Shown here: positions 47,457-55,473 of the stretch, in pieces | How the letters are laid out: each line of letters starts with the position of its first letter | Numbering within the stretch: the first letter of the stretch is position 1 | Assembly (NCBI GenBank): GCA_035688575.1 | Contig: DASSMS010000142.1 | Coordinates: 9,256-73,255 of the forward strand | Direction of reading: 5' to 3' | Length of the DNA: 64,000 bases | From: Nocardioidaceae bacterium | Lineage (GTDB): Bacteria; Actinomycetota; Actinomycetes; Propionibacteriales; Nocardioidaceae | Made by a program: the position numbers and the translations under genes | Notes under the pieces: generated by a model | Seen by the model: the letters and a program-made list of their open reading frames with translations, nothing else | Database searches by the model: none | Told to the model about the DNA's origin: nothing

Positions 47457-49004
47457 ATGGACAAGACGACCGCTGCCCCGGACAGCGCGGCAGCCCTTCC
47501 GGACCACACCCGGGTGCTCGTGATCGGAGCCGGCTTCGGCGGACTCGGGCTGGCGATCAAGCTCTCCGAGCAGGGTGAGCAGGACTTCCTCGTCGTCGAG
47601 CGCGGCCCCGACGTCGGCGGCACGTGGCGCGACAACACCTACCCCGGCGCGGCCTGCGACGTCCCCTCGCAGCTGTACTCCTTCTCCTTCGCGCCGAACC
47701 CGGAGTGGTCGCGTTCGTTCTCGCCCCAGCCGGAGATCCAGGCGTACCTGAAGCGGGTCGCCGCCGAGTCCGACGTGATCGACCGGTTCCGGTTCGGCAC
47801 GACCGTCGAGGACGCCACCTGGGACGACGCCGCCGGGCACTGGCGGGTCACCACCTCGGCAGGCACGGTCACCGCCGACCTCCTCGTCTCTGCGGCAGGC
47901 GCGCTGTCGGACCCGAAGATGCCCGAGATCGACGGCATCGAGACCTTCCAGGGCGAGGTGTTCCACTCGGCCCGGTGGAACCACGACTACGACCTGACCG
48001 GCAAGCGCGTCGCGGTGATCGGCACCGGCGCCTCCGCGATCCAGATCGTCCCGGAGATCGCGCAGCAGGTCGCCCACCTCGACGTCTACCAGCGCACCGC
48101 ACCGTGGGTGATGCCGCGTCGCGACCGCGCCTACACCCCCGTCGAGCGCTTCGCCTTCCGTCACGTCCCCGGTGTGCAGAAGGTCTACCGCACCGCGATC
48201 TACTGGGGTCGCGAGACGTTCGTGCCCGGCTTCACGGTGAACCCCAAGCTCGCCGCCCCGGCCAAGAAGCTTTCGCTCGCGAACATCGAGAAGGGGATCT
48301 CCGACCCCGAGCTGCGCGCGAAGGTCACCCCCACCTTCGAGATCGGGTGCAAGCGGATCCTCATCTCCAACGACTGGTATCCCGCGCTCGACCGCGACAA
48401 CGTCGATCTGGTCACCGACGGCATCGACAAGGTGACCGGCAACGCGATCGTCACCCGTGACGGCGTGGAGCGCGAGATCGACGTGCTGGTCGTGGCCACC
48501 GGCTTCCACACCACCGACCTCCCGATCGCGGAGCACATCACCGGGCGCAACGGCGAGACGCTCGCGCAGCAGTGGGAGCGCGAGGGGATGTCGGCGTACA
48601 AGGGCGCGACGACCCACGGCTTCCCGAACCTCTTCTTCATCGTCGGGCCGAACACCGGCCTCGGCCACTCGAGCATGGTCTTCATGATCGAGTCGCAGAT
48701 CGCCTACGTGCTCGACGCGCTACGCGTCATGGACGCCCGCGGCATCGCGGCCGTCGAGCCGAGGCCCCGGGCGCAGGAGCGCTGGAACCGCGACATCCAG
48801 CGGCGCATGAAGAGGACGGTCTGGAGCGCCGGGGGCTGCTCGAGCTGGTACCTCGACGCGCACGGCCGCAACGTCACGCTCTGGCCGCGGACGACGTTCA
48901 CGTTCCGCCGGCTCACCCGTCGGTTCGACGTCGACCAGTACGACGTCCGGCCACACGACACCGCAGGATCCACGACGACCCCGAAGGTGGGACAGACCGC
49001 ATGA
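47457..49004 (+). CDS. Flavin-containing monooxygenase (Baeyer-Villiger type)
   Basis: GAGFGG, GGTWRDNTYPGAACD, FQGEVFHSARW, GTGASA, ATG. Confidence 0.92.
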   Translation: MDKTTAAPDSAAALPDHTRVLVIGAGFGGLGLAIKLSEQGEQDFLVVERGPDVGGTWRDNTYPGAACDVPSQLYSFSFAPNPEWSRSFSPQPEIQAYLKRVAAESDVIDRFRFGTTVEDATWDDAAGHWRVTTSAGTVTADLLVSAAGALSDPKMPEIDGIETFQGEVFHSARWNHDYDLTGKRVAVIGTGASAIQIVPEIAQQVAHLDVYQRTAPWVMPRRDRAYTPVERFAFRHVPGVQKVYRTAIYWGRETFVPGFTVNPKLAAPAKKLSLANIEKGISDPELRAKVTPTFEIGCKRILISNDWYPALDRDNVDLVTDGIDKVTGNAIVTRDGVEREIDVLVVATGFHTTDLPIAEHITGRNGETLAQQWEREGMSAYKGATTHGFPNLFFIVGPNTGLGHSSMVFMIESQIAYVLDALRVMDARGIAAVEPRPRAQERWNRDIQRRMKRTVWSAGGCSSWYLDAHGRNVTLWPRTTFTFRRLTRRFDVDQYDVRPHDTAGSTTTPKVGQTA

Positions 49005-49837
49005 GGACCTTCGACGGCAAGGTGGCCGTGATCACCGGCGCAGGCTCGGGCATCGGCCGCGCACTCGCACTCGACCTCGCCGCGCGCGGCGCCGTGCTCG
49101 CGCTCTCCGACAGGGACGAGGTCGGGCTGCTCGAGACCGCAGAGCGCGCCACCGCCCGGCACGCGAGGGAGGTGCACACCGAGAAGCTCGACGTGAGCGA
49201 TCGTGCGGCCGTGGCCGACTACGCCTCGTCGGTCGCATCCGACCTCGGTCGGGTCAACGCGGTGTTCAACAACGCCGGCATCGCGCTCCACGGCGACTTC
49301 GAGGAGACGCCCTACGACGAGTTCGAGCGGATCATGAACGTCAACTTCTGGGGCGTCGTACACGGCTCCAAGGAGTTCCTACCTCATCTGATCGCCAGCG
49401 GGGACGGCCACCTGGTCAACATCTCCAGCCTCTTCGGCCTGATGGGAATGCCGGCCCAGACGGCCTACAACGCCTCGAAGTTCGGGGTTCGCGGGTTCAC
49501 CGAGGCGCTGCGCATGGAGATGCTGATCTCCAAGCACCCGGTCCAGGTCTCCTGCGTGCACCCCGGCGGCATCAAGACCGCGATCGCCCGCAACTGCCGT
49601 ACGACGGCCAGCCACGACCAGCAGAGCGTCGCGCAGCTGTTCGACAAGAAGCTCGCGAGGACGACCGCCGACAAGGCGGCCGGGACCATCCTCGAGGGGG
49701 TCTTGCGCAACAAGCCGCGCATCGTGGTGGGCAGCGACGCGAAGTTCCTCGACGGGTACGTCCGGCTCGTCGGCGCCCGCTACCAGAGCACGGTCGCCAA
49801 GGTCGCCTCGAGGATTGCGCCCACGACGTCCCGCTGA
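49001..49837 (+). CDS. SDR family NAD(P)-dependent oxidoreductase
   Basis: TGAGSGIG, NNAG, YNASK; ATGA coupling with the monooxygenase. Confidence 0.92.
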   Translation: MRTFDGKVAVITGAGSGIGRALALDLAARGAVLALSDRDEVGLLETAERATARHAREVHTEKLDVSDRAAVADYASSVASDLGRVNAVFNNAGIALHGDFEETPYDEFERIMNVNFWGVVHGSKEFLPHLIASGDGHLVNISSLFGLMGMPAQTAYNASKFGVRGFTEALRMEMLISKHPVQVSCVHPGGIKTAIARNCRTTASHDQQSVAQLFDKKLARTTADKAAGTILEGVLRNKPRIVVGSDAKFLDGYVRLVGARYQSTVAKVASRIAPTTSR

Positions 49838-49878
49838 CCCGAAGACACGGTCGGCAGCGGGCCGCCGTACCCCTCGAG

Positions 49879-49938
49879 CTTCCCACGGCAAACTGTCACT
49901 TCCCACGGCAAGATCACCGTGGGAGGCGACAGTTTGCC
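49879..49938. repeat. REP-like intergenic element (22-bp inverted repeat plus 13-bp direct repeat)
   Basis: Arms 49887-49908 and 49917-49938 match at 20/22; CTTCCCACGGCAA at 49879 and 49899. Confidence 0.6.
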
Positions 49939-50026
49939 TGCATACCTTGGTAATCCGTCGCCGGTGCCGGGTGGGGAATGGGCCACACGGGCGTTAGCGG
50001 TCAGCACCCTGGGGTACGACATCCTC

Positions 50027-51019
50027 ATGTCGAAGCAAGCCAGCACGCTCGAGCACGAGTACCCCGGGGCGACCGCGGACCAGCCCAAGCAGATCCCGGC
50101 CAAGGGATGGTTCCAGGTCACCAAGCGTGCCTGGGCCGAGGCGAAGGTCGACCAGGTGCCTCTGCTCGCGGCGGGCGTCGCGTTCTACTCGTTCCTCTCC
50201 CTTTTCCCCGCGATGATCGCAGCGGTGACGATCTACGGCCTCGTCGCCGACCCCCAGACGGTCGCCCGACAGACCAAGGCGATCTCCGAGGCGCTGCCCA
50301 GCAATGCGGCCTCGATCATCACCGACCAGATGGAGGCCATCGCCGCACAGCCGCAGCAGTCGCTCGGGCTCGGCCTGATCATCGCGCTCGCCCTGGCACT
50401 GTGGAGCGCTTCCGGCGGCGTGGGCAACATCGTCACGGCGATCAACGTCGCCTACGACGAGGAGGAGACCCGCGGCTTCGTCAAGCGCAAGCTGCTCGCC
50501 CTCGGCTTCACCTTCGGCGCCATCATCTTCGTGGCCGTCGCAGTCACGCTCATCGCCGTCGCCCCGGCGGTCCTCGACGCCTTCGTGCCGGACGGGCCGC
50601 TGCACGTGCTCGTCAACGTGGCGCGTTGGGTCGGCCTGGTCATCGCCGTGGCAGTCGCGCTAGCGGTTCTCTACCGCTATGCCCCCGACCGCGACAGCCC
50701 GAGGTTCTCCTGGGTCTCGGTCGGCGCGGCCGTCGCCACGGTGATCTGGATCGTCGCGTCGGCGGGCTTCTCGCTCTACGTCGACAACTTCGGCAGCTAC
50801 AGCAAGACCTACGGCGCGCTGGCCGGCGTGGCCGTCCTGATGCTCTGGCTTTGGCTCACTGCGTTCATCGTCCTGCTCGGCGCCGAGATCAACGCCGAGG
50901 CGGAGCAGCAGACGGTGAAGGACACGACCGTGGGTGAGCCGCGGCCGCTCGGTGAGCGCGGCGCGGTGAAGGCCGACAACCTGCCGCACGAGGTCCCCAC
51001 CGAGAAGAAGCAGGGCTGA
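50027..51019 (+). CDS. YihY/virulence factor BrkB family membrane protein
   Basis: AAGVAFY..LSLFP, LWSAS, LYRYAP, YSKTYG.L...MLWLW...LLGAEINAE. Confidence 0.9.
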   Translation: MSKQASTLEHEYPGATADQPKQIPAKGWFQVTKRAWAEAKVDQVPLLAAGVAFYSFLSLFPAMIAAVTIYGLVADPQTVARQTKAISEALPSNAASIITDQMEAIAAQPQQSLGLGLIIALALALWSASGGVGNIVTAINVAYDEEETRGFVKRKLLALGFTFGAIIFVAVAVTLIAVAPAVLDAFVPDGPLHVLVNVARWVGLVIAVAVALAVLYRYAPDRDSPRFSWVSVGAAVATVIWIVASAGFSLYVDNFGSYSKTYGALAGVAVLMLWLWLTAFIVLLGAEINAEAEQQTVKDTTVGEPRPLGERGAVKADNLPHEVPTEKKQG

Positions 51020-51025
51020 CATACG

Positions 51026-51060
51026 ACGAGCGCCGCCCTCCTCCCAGGGGCGGCGCTCGT
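51026..51060 (+). terminator. Hairpin terminator after the YihY-family gene
   Basis: Perfect 13-bp stem ACGAGCGCCGCCC / GGGCGGCGCTCGT. Confidence 0.65.
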
Positions 51061-51143
51061 GCAACACTCTCCGTCCTTGAAGATCCCCGGCGCCGCGCGT
51101 GGCGAAACCTGGTCTGAACCGGACGGTGGCGCAAGATGTCGCC

Positions 51144-51662
51144 GTGACGACGACCCGTGTGGCGTTCGGGAAGTGGGGCGGGCGGCCGCACTGGGAGTAC
51201 GACGCCCTCCTCCTCGGCGAGGACGACCACGGCACCTGGCTCGGTCTCCCCGCCGGGACCCGCGTCGCACGCCCGGGCGCCGAGCTCGACACCGGCGAGA
51301 ACCAGGTGGTCCTCGTCCCGGACGACGCCTTCGTCGCCACCTTCTACTCCCCCGGCGGTCACGCGCCCTGCGACCTGTACGTCGACATCTGCACCCGGCC
51401 GGCCGTCGAGGAACGCTCCGTGGCCGCCGTCGACCTCGACCTCGACGTGGTCCGGGGCTGGACCGGCCGGATCTGGGTCGACGACGAGGACGAGTTCGCC
51501 GAGCACCGCGTGCGCTTCGGCTACCCGGCCGATGTCGTGGAGCTCGCGCTCACGTCGTGCGAGGCGGTACGCCGGGCGGTCGAGCTCTCGCACCCGCCTT
51601 TCGACACGGAGACGCCGAAGCGGTGGTTCGCCGCCCTCGAGGGCGCGATGATGGCCCCATGA
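51144..51662 (+). CDS. DUF402 (FomD-like) protein
   Basis: KWGGRPHW, LGEDDHGTW, YVDI, VDLDLDV, DEDEF. The start is approximate. Confidence 0.8.
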   Translation: MTTTRVAFGKWGGRPHWEYDALLLGEDDHGTWLGLPAGTRVARPGAELDTGENQVVLVPDDAFVATFYSPGGHAPCDLYVDICTRPAVEERSVAAVDLDLDVVRGWTGRIWVDDEDEFAEHRVRFGYPADVVELALTSCEAVRRAVELSHPPFDTETPKRWFAALEGAMMAP

Positions 51663-51940
51663 GCGACGACGTGATCGCGCGGCGGGTGGTGGTGCACGGC
51701 CGGGTCCAGGGCGTGTTCTTCCGCGACTCCTGCCGTCAGCAGGCAGAGCTCTCCCGGGTCGGTGGCTGGGTGCGCAACGAGCCCGACGGCAGCGTGGCCG
51801 CCCTGTTCGAGGGTCCCGCCCACGCGGTCGACGCGATGGTCGCGTGGTGCCGCCAGGGCCCCCCGCGCGCCCGGGTGGACCGGCTCGAGGTCAAAGAGGC
51901 CGGTCCCAGCGGATCCAACGTCTTCGACGTACTCGGCTGA
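51659..51940 (+). CDS. acyP: Acylphosphatase
   Basis: VHGRVQGVFFR, GWVRNEPDGSV, GPPRARV. Confidence 0.93.
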   Translation: MSDDVIARRVVVHGRVQGVFFRDSCRQQAELSRVGGWVRNEPDGSVAALFEGPAHAVDAMVAWCRQGPPRARVDRLEVKEAGPSGSNVFDVLG

Positions 51941-51944
51941 GCCG

Positions 51945-52469
51945 ATGGCACTCGCGGTCTGCCTGCTCTTCGACGCCCACAGCGAGCTCGCGATCCGCCG
52001 GCTGTGGCACCGGCTGGAGGACGACGGGGTGCCCACCCTGCTGACCCACACCCACGGCGCCCACGTCCCGCACCTGTCCTACGCGGTCCTGCGCAGCTTC
52101 GATCTCGAGAAGGTTGCCGACGCCCTCGACCTGCTCCCCGACGAGGGCCCGATGACCCTCCACTTCGACGCGATCGGGATGTTCCGCCGCAGTCGCACGT
52201 GGCTGGTGCCGTCGGTGACCTCCGACATCGCCCGGCGCCAGGAGCGGGTGGTGGAGGCGGTGGAGTCGACCGGGGCCGACCTCCACCAGCACTACCGCCC
52301 CGGAGTGTGGGTGCCGCACTGCACCCTGGCACCCCGCACGACGCTGGACCGGCTGCCGACGGTCGCCTCCGCGGTCTTCGACGTCCTCCCGCTCGTCACG
52401 ACCGCCGACCGGGCGGCCCTCATCGACACCAGCACCGGCCGTCAGCACCCGCTCGACACGCTGCCGTGA
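51945..52469 (+). CDS. 2H phosphoesterase (2'-5' RNA ligase superfamily)
   Basis: Two HxS/T motifs: PHLS and PHCT. Confidence 0.82.
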   Translation: MALAVCLLFDAHSELAIRRLWHRLEDDGVPTLLTHTHGAHVPHLSYAVLRSFDLEKVADALDLLPDEGPMTLHFDAIGMFRRSRTWLVPSVTSDIARRQERVVEAVESTGADLHQHYRPGVWVPHCTLAPRTTLDRLPTVASAVFDVLPLVTTADRAALIDTSTGRQHPLDTLP

Positions 52470-52470
52470 C

Positions 52471-53805
52471 TCACGCAGCCTTCTGCTTCTCCCGCTTGAC
52501 CGCGCGGGCGCGGATCGGCCCGACCAGCCGCGGTCCGGCGAGCCGGTCCTCGAGACGGCGCACCTCGCGGCGCAGCGGCTGGGCGACGTACTCACCGAGG
52601 ATCACGCCCGAGGCGATCGCGATCGCGACGGCGGCGGCTGTCGCGAGCGCGATGATGCCGTAGCTGTCCCCGTCCGACATGAGCGCAAGACCCCGGTAGA
52701 TGGAGAGGCCGGGCAGCAGCGGAACGACCGCAGGGACCACGACGACGAGGGGTGGCACCCGCACCCGGCCGGCCACGGAGTAGCTGACCAGACCGATCAT
52801 CACCGCCGCTGCCGCCGAAGACCACGCAGGGCCCGTCTCCTGGATGACGAGCAGGTACCAGACGGAGGCGCCGAAGGCTGCGATCGCCGCGATCGGGAGC
52901 AGCGAGCGCAGCGGCGCGTAGCAGGCGAAGGCGAAGGCCGCTGCCGCGAGCCCGGCGCCGAAGGCGGTCACCGGGAGGGCCTGCCAGCCGGCCGCCCCCG
53001 GCGTGAGCCGGCTCAGCTCGACGCCCAGCATCTGCCCGAGCGTCAGCCCGCCGCTCACACCGGCGATGATCCCGGCGGTGGCCAGGAGCGCCTCGAGGAG
53101 GCGGGCGCCGGCGGTGATGTAGAAGCCGCTCAGGGCGTCCTGGATCGCGCCCATGAACCCGATCCCTGCCAGCAGCATGATGATGTTGGCCGTCACGACC
53201 AGCGACGGGTCCACGGGCAGCTGCGTGGCGGCGGTGAGGACGGCGAACGACGTGGCGAACAGGCCACCTGCCACCTGCTGGTAGAACACCGGCAGCCGTC
53301 GCCTCGACATCCACTTCTTGAGCAGGTCGATGCCCGCCGCCGCGAGGAAGGCGATCGTCACGACGATCAGGTCACCGCCGAGCAGCAGGCCGATCCCGAG
53401 CCCCGTCGTCCCCCAGCCCAGGGTCACCGCCCACCGCGGCATGCGGTGGCCCGACGAGACCACCTTCGCGAGACGCTGCCTCGCCTCGTCACGGTCCAGG
53501 TCGCCCCTGAGCACCTCGGTGATGAGGTGGTCGACCTCGGTGAGGTCCTCGTAGTCGATGTCGCGATGGCGCACGTTGCGGACCTGGATCAGTGCCGGGT
53601 CGTCGAAGCTCGCCTGGTAGCTCATCGACAGCGCGGTGAAGGTGACGTCCACGTCGGCGTTGCGCAGGCCCAGGCCGTGCGCGAGCGAGAGCATCGTGGC
53701 CGTCACGTCCGCGGCGCCGGCGCCCGACGAGAGCAGCACCTCCCCCACGCGCAGGCACAGGTCGAGGGTCTTGTAGATCTCTCTCGTCTCCAGCACGGGC
53801 TCCAT
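52471..53805 (-). CDS. ThrE family threonine/serine exporter
   Basis: GEVLLSSGAGAADV, IMLLAG, QDALSGFYIT, PLLPGL. Confidence 0.85.
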   Translation of the reverse strand: MEPVLETREIYKTLDLCLRVGEVLLSSGAGAADVTATMLSLAHGLGLRNADVDVTFTALSMSYQASFDDPALIQVRNVRHRDIDYEDLTEVDHLITEVLRGDLDRDEARQRLAKVVSSGHRMPRWAVTLGWGTTGLGIGLLLGGDLIVVTIAFLAAAGIDLLKKWMSRRRLPVFYQQVAGGLFATSFAVLTAATQLPVDPSLVVTANIIMLLAGIGFMGAIQDALSGFYITAGARLLEALLATAGIIAGVSGGLTLGQMLGVELSRLTPGAAGWQALPVTAFGAGLAAAAFAFACYAPLRSLLPIAAIAAFGASVWYLLVIQETGPAWSSAAAAVMIGLVSYSVAGRVRVPPLVVVVPAVVPLLPGLSIYRGLALMSDGDSYGIIALATAAAVAIAIASGVILGEYVAQPLRREVRRLEDRLAGPRLVGPIRARAVKREKQKAA

Positions 53806-53961
53806 CTTGGCGGCTGGACCCGGCTGGTCTCCACCTGGCTGCCGAGCACCCGATGGTGTCTTTGGTCACCGTCGAGCCCTGAGGCGCGGGAGTGGTCGAT
53901 GAGGTCACATTGCGAATGGTCCACGGGCCGGCGGGACCTCCCAGACGGTTAACCTGCTCGG

Positions 53962-55359
53962 GTGCATCCACGTCTCCCCCGTCGCCCGCTGAGCCTGCTC
54001 GTCGCCATATTGCTGGCCGTGCTCCCGCTGCCGGCGGCCCATGCCCTAGAGCCGACACCGGGCTCGCCGAGGTCGGGCGACACCGTGATGCCTGCGCGGG
54101 GCAACGGCGGCTACGACGTGAGCCACTACGACATCGACGTGCGGTGGCGGGCCGCCACACGCAGCATCGCGGCGACCACCGAGGTGCGGGCAACGGCGGC
54201 CCAGGACCTGTCGGCCTTCAACCTCGAACTCCAGGACCTCGAGGTGCAGGGCATCACCGTGAACGGCACCGAGGCGACGTGGTCACGCGACGGGTTCGAG
54301 CTCACCGTGACCCCCACGGCCTCGATCCCCAGGGGTACGCCTTTCAGGGTCAGGGTCCGCTATGCGGGCAAGCCGACGCATTACCGGCACAAGCAGCTCG
54401 GGCGCACCGGCTGGATCGCCACGAAGGACGGGGCCACCGCCCTCTCGGAGCCGTTCGGGTCCGAGACGTGGTTCCCGGTCAACAACACGATCCGCGACAA
54501 GGCCACCTACACCATCTCCGTCGACGTTCCCAACCGCCTCAAGGCCGCCTCCAACGGCCGCCTGGTGCGCCGGGCGGTGGGTGAACGGCGCACCGTGTGG
54601 CACTGGGACGAGGACCGGCCGATGGCGTCGTACCTCCCCACCGTGTCCATCGGGCGCTACCGGATGTTCCGCGGCAAGAGCGCCTCCGGGATCCCGCTCG
54701 TGACCTTCGTCGACGCGAAGTTGTCGAAGGAGCGCCGCGCCCGCCGGCAGCTGCGCGGCATCGTCGACTTCATGCAGCGGCGGTTCGGCACCTACCCGTT
54801 CGCGACCTCCGGCCTGATCATCGACCGCCTCGACGTGGGTTACGCGCTGGAGACACAGAGCCGTCCGGTGATGCCGGGCGTGGCACCGGGCTACATGATC
54901 GCCCACGAGATCGCTCACCAGTGGTTCGGCAACTCCGTCACCCCGGCGGACTGGAGCGACATCTGGCTCAACGAGGGGTTCGCCACCTACGCCGAGTGGC
55001 TCTACGACGGCTGGCGCTACAAGACGCCGCGGACGCCTCACCGCCAGTTCCGCTTCCTGTACCGGATCTACGGCCCCAAGGCCGCCTTCTGGAAGGTTCC
55101 TCCCGGGCATCCCGGTTCGGTGGGCAAGCTCTTCTCGTCGCCGGTCTACGACCGGGGAGCCATGACGCTCCAGGTCCTGCGCGAGCGGGTCGGCGACAAG
55201 GCGTTCTTCACGATCCTGCGCCGTTGGGCGGCCCGCAACGCCGACGGCTCGGTGACCACGAAGGACTTCCGCGCACTCGCCGAGCGTGTGTCGGGCAAGC
55301 AGCTCGACCGGTTGTTCCGGGTGTGGCTCTACGTCCCCGAGAAGCCGAAGGGCTACTGA
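53962..55359 (+). CDS. Secreted M1 family metallopeptidase
   Basis: Signal peptide, GNGGYDVSHYD, AHEIAHQWFGN, WLNEGFATY, VYDRG. Confidence 0.9.
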   Translation: MHPRLPRRPLSLLVAILLAVLPLPAAHALEPTPGSPRSGDTVMPARGNGGYDVSHYDIDVRWRAATRSIAATTEVRATAAQDLSAFNLELQDLEVQGITVNGTEATWSRDGFELTVTPTASIPRGTPFRVRVRYAGKPTHYRHKQLGRTGWIATKDGATALSEPFGSETWFPVNNTIRDKATYTISVDVPNRLKAASNGRLVRRAVGERRTVWHWDEDRPMASYLPTVSIGRYRMFRGKSASGIPLVTFVDAKLSKERRARRQLRGIVDFMQRRFGTYPFATSGLIIDRLDVGYALETQSRPVMPGVAPGYMIAHEIAHQWFGNSVTPADWSDIWLNEGFATYAEWLYDGWRYKTPRTPHRQFRFLYRIYGPKAAFWKVPPGHPGSVGKLFSSPVYDRGAMTLQVLRERVGDKAFFTILRRWAARNADGSVTTKDFRALAERVSGKQLDRLFRVWLYVPEKPKGY

Positions 55360-55473
55360 GCCCCACCGACGGCGTCACCGGCCGGCGGCCGCCTGACCAG
55401 CCGCCGCTGTGGGGGACAGCCGGTGACCCGAGACCACCGACGGTGGGACGGCCGACCCCACCGCACGGGAGGC

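Noticed and set aside
55361-55470. Short repeats (CCACCGACGG x2) and a hairpin between convergent genes
   Set aside because: Irregular spacing and too short for CRISPR; compatible with a terminator region.
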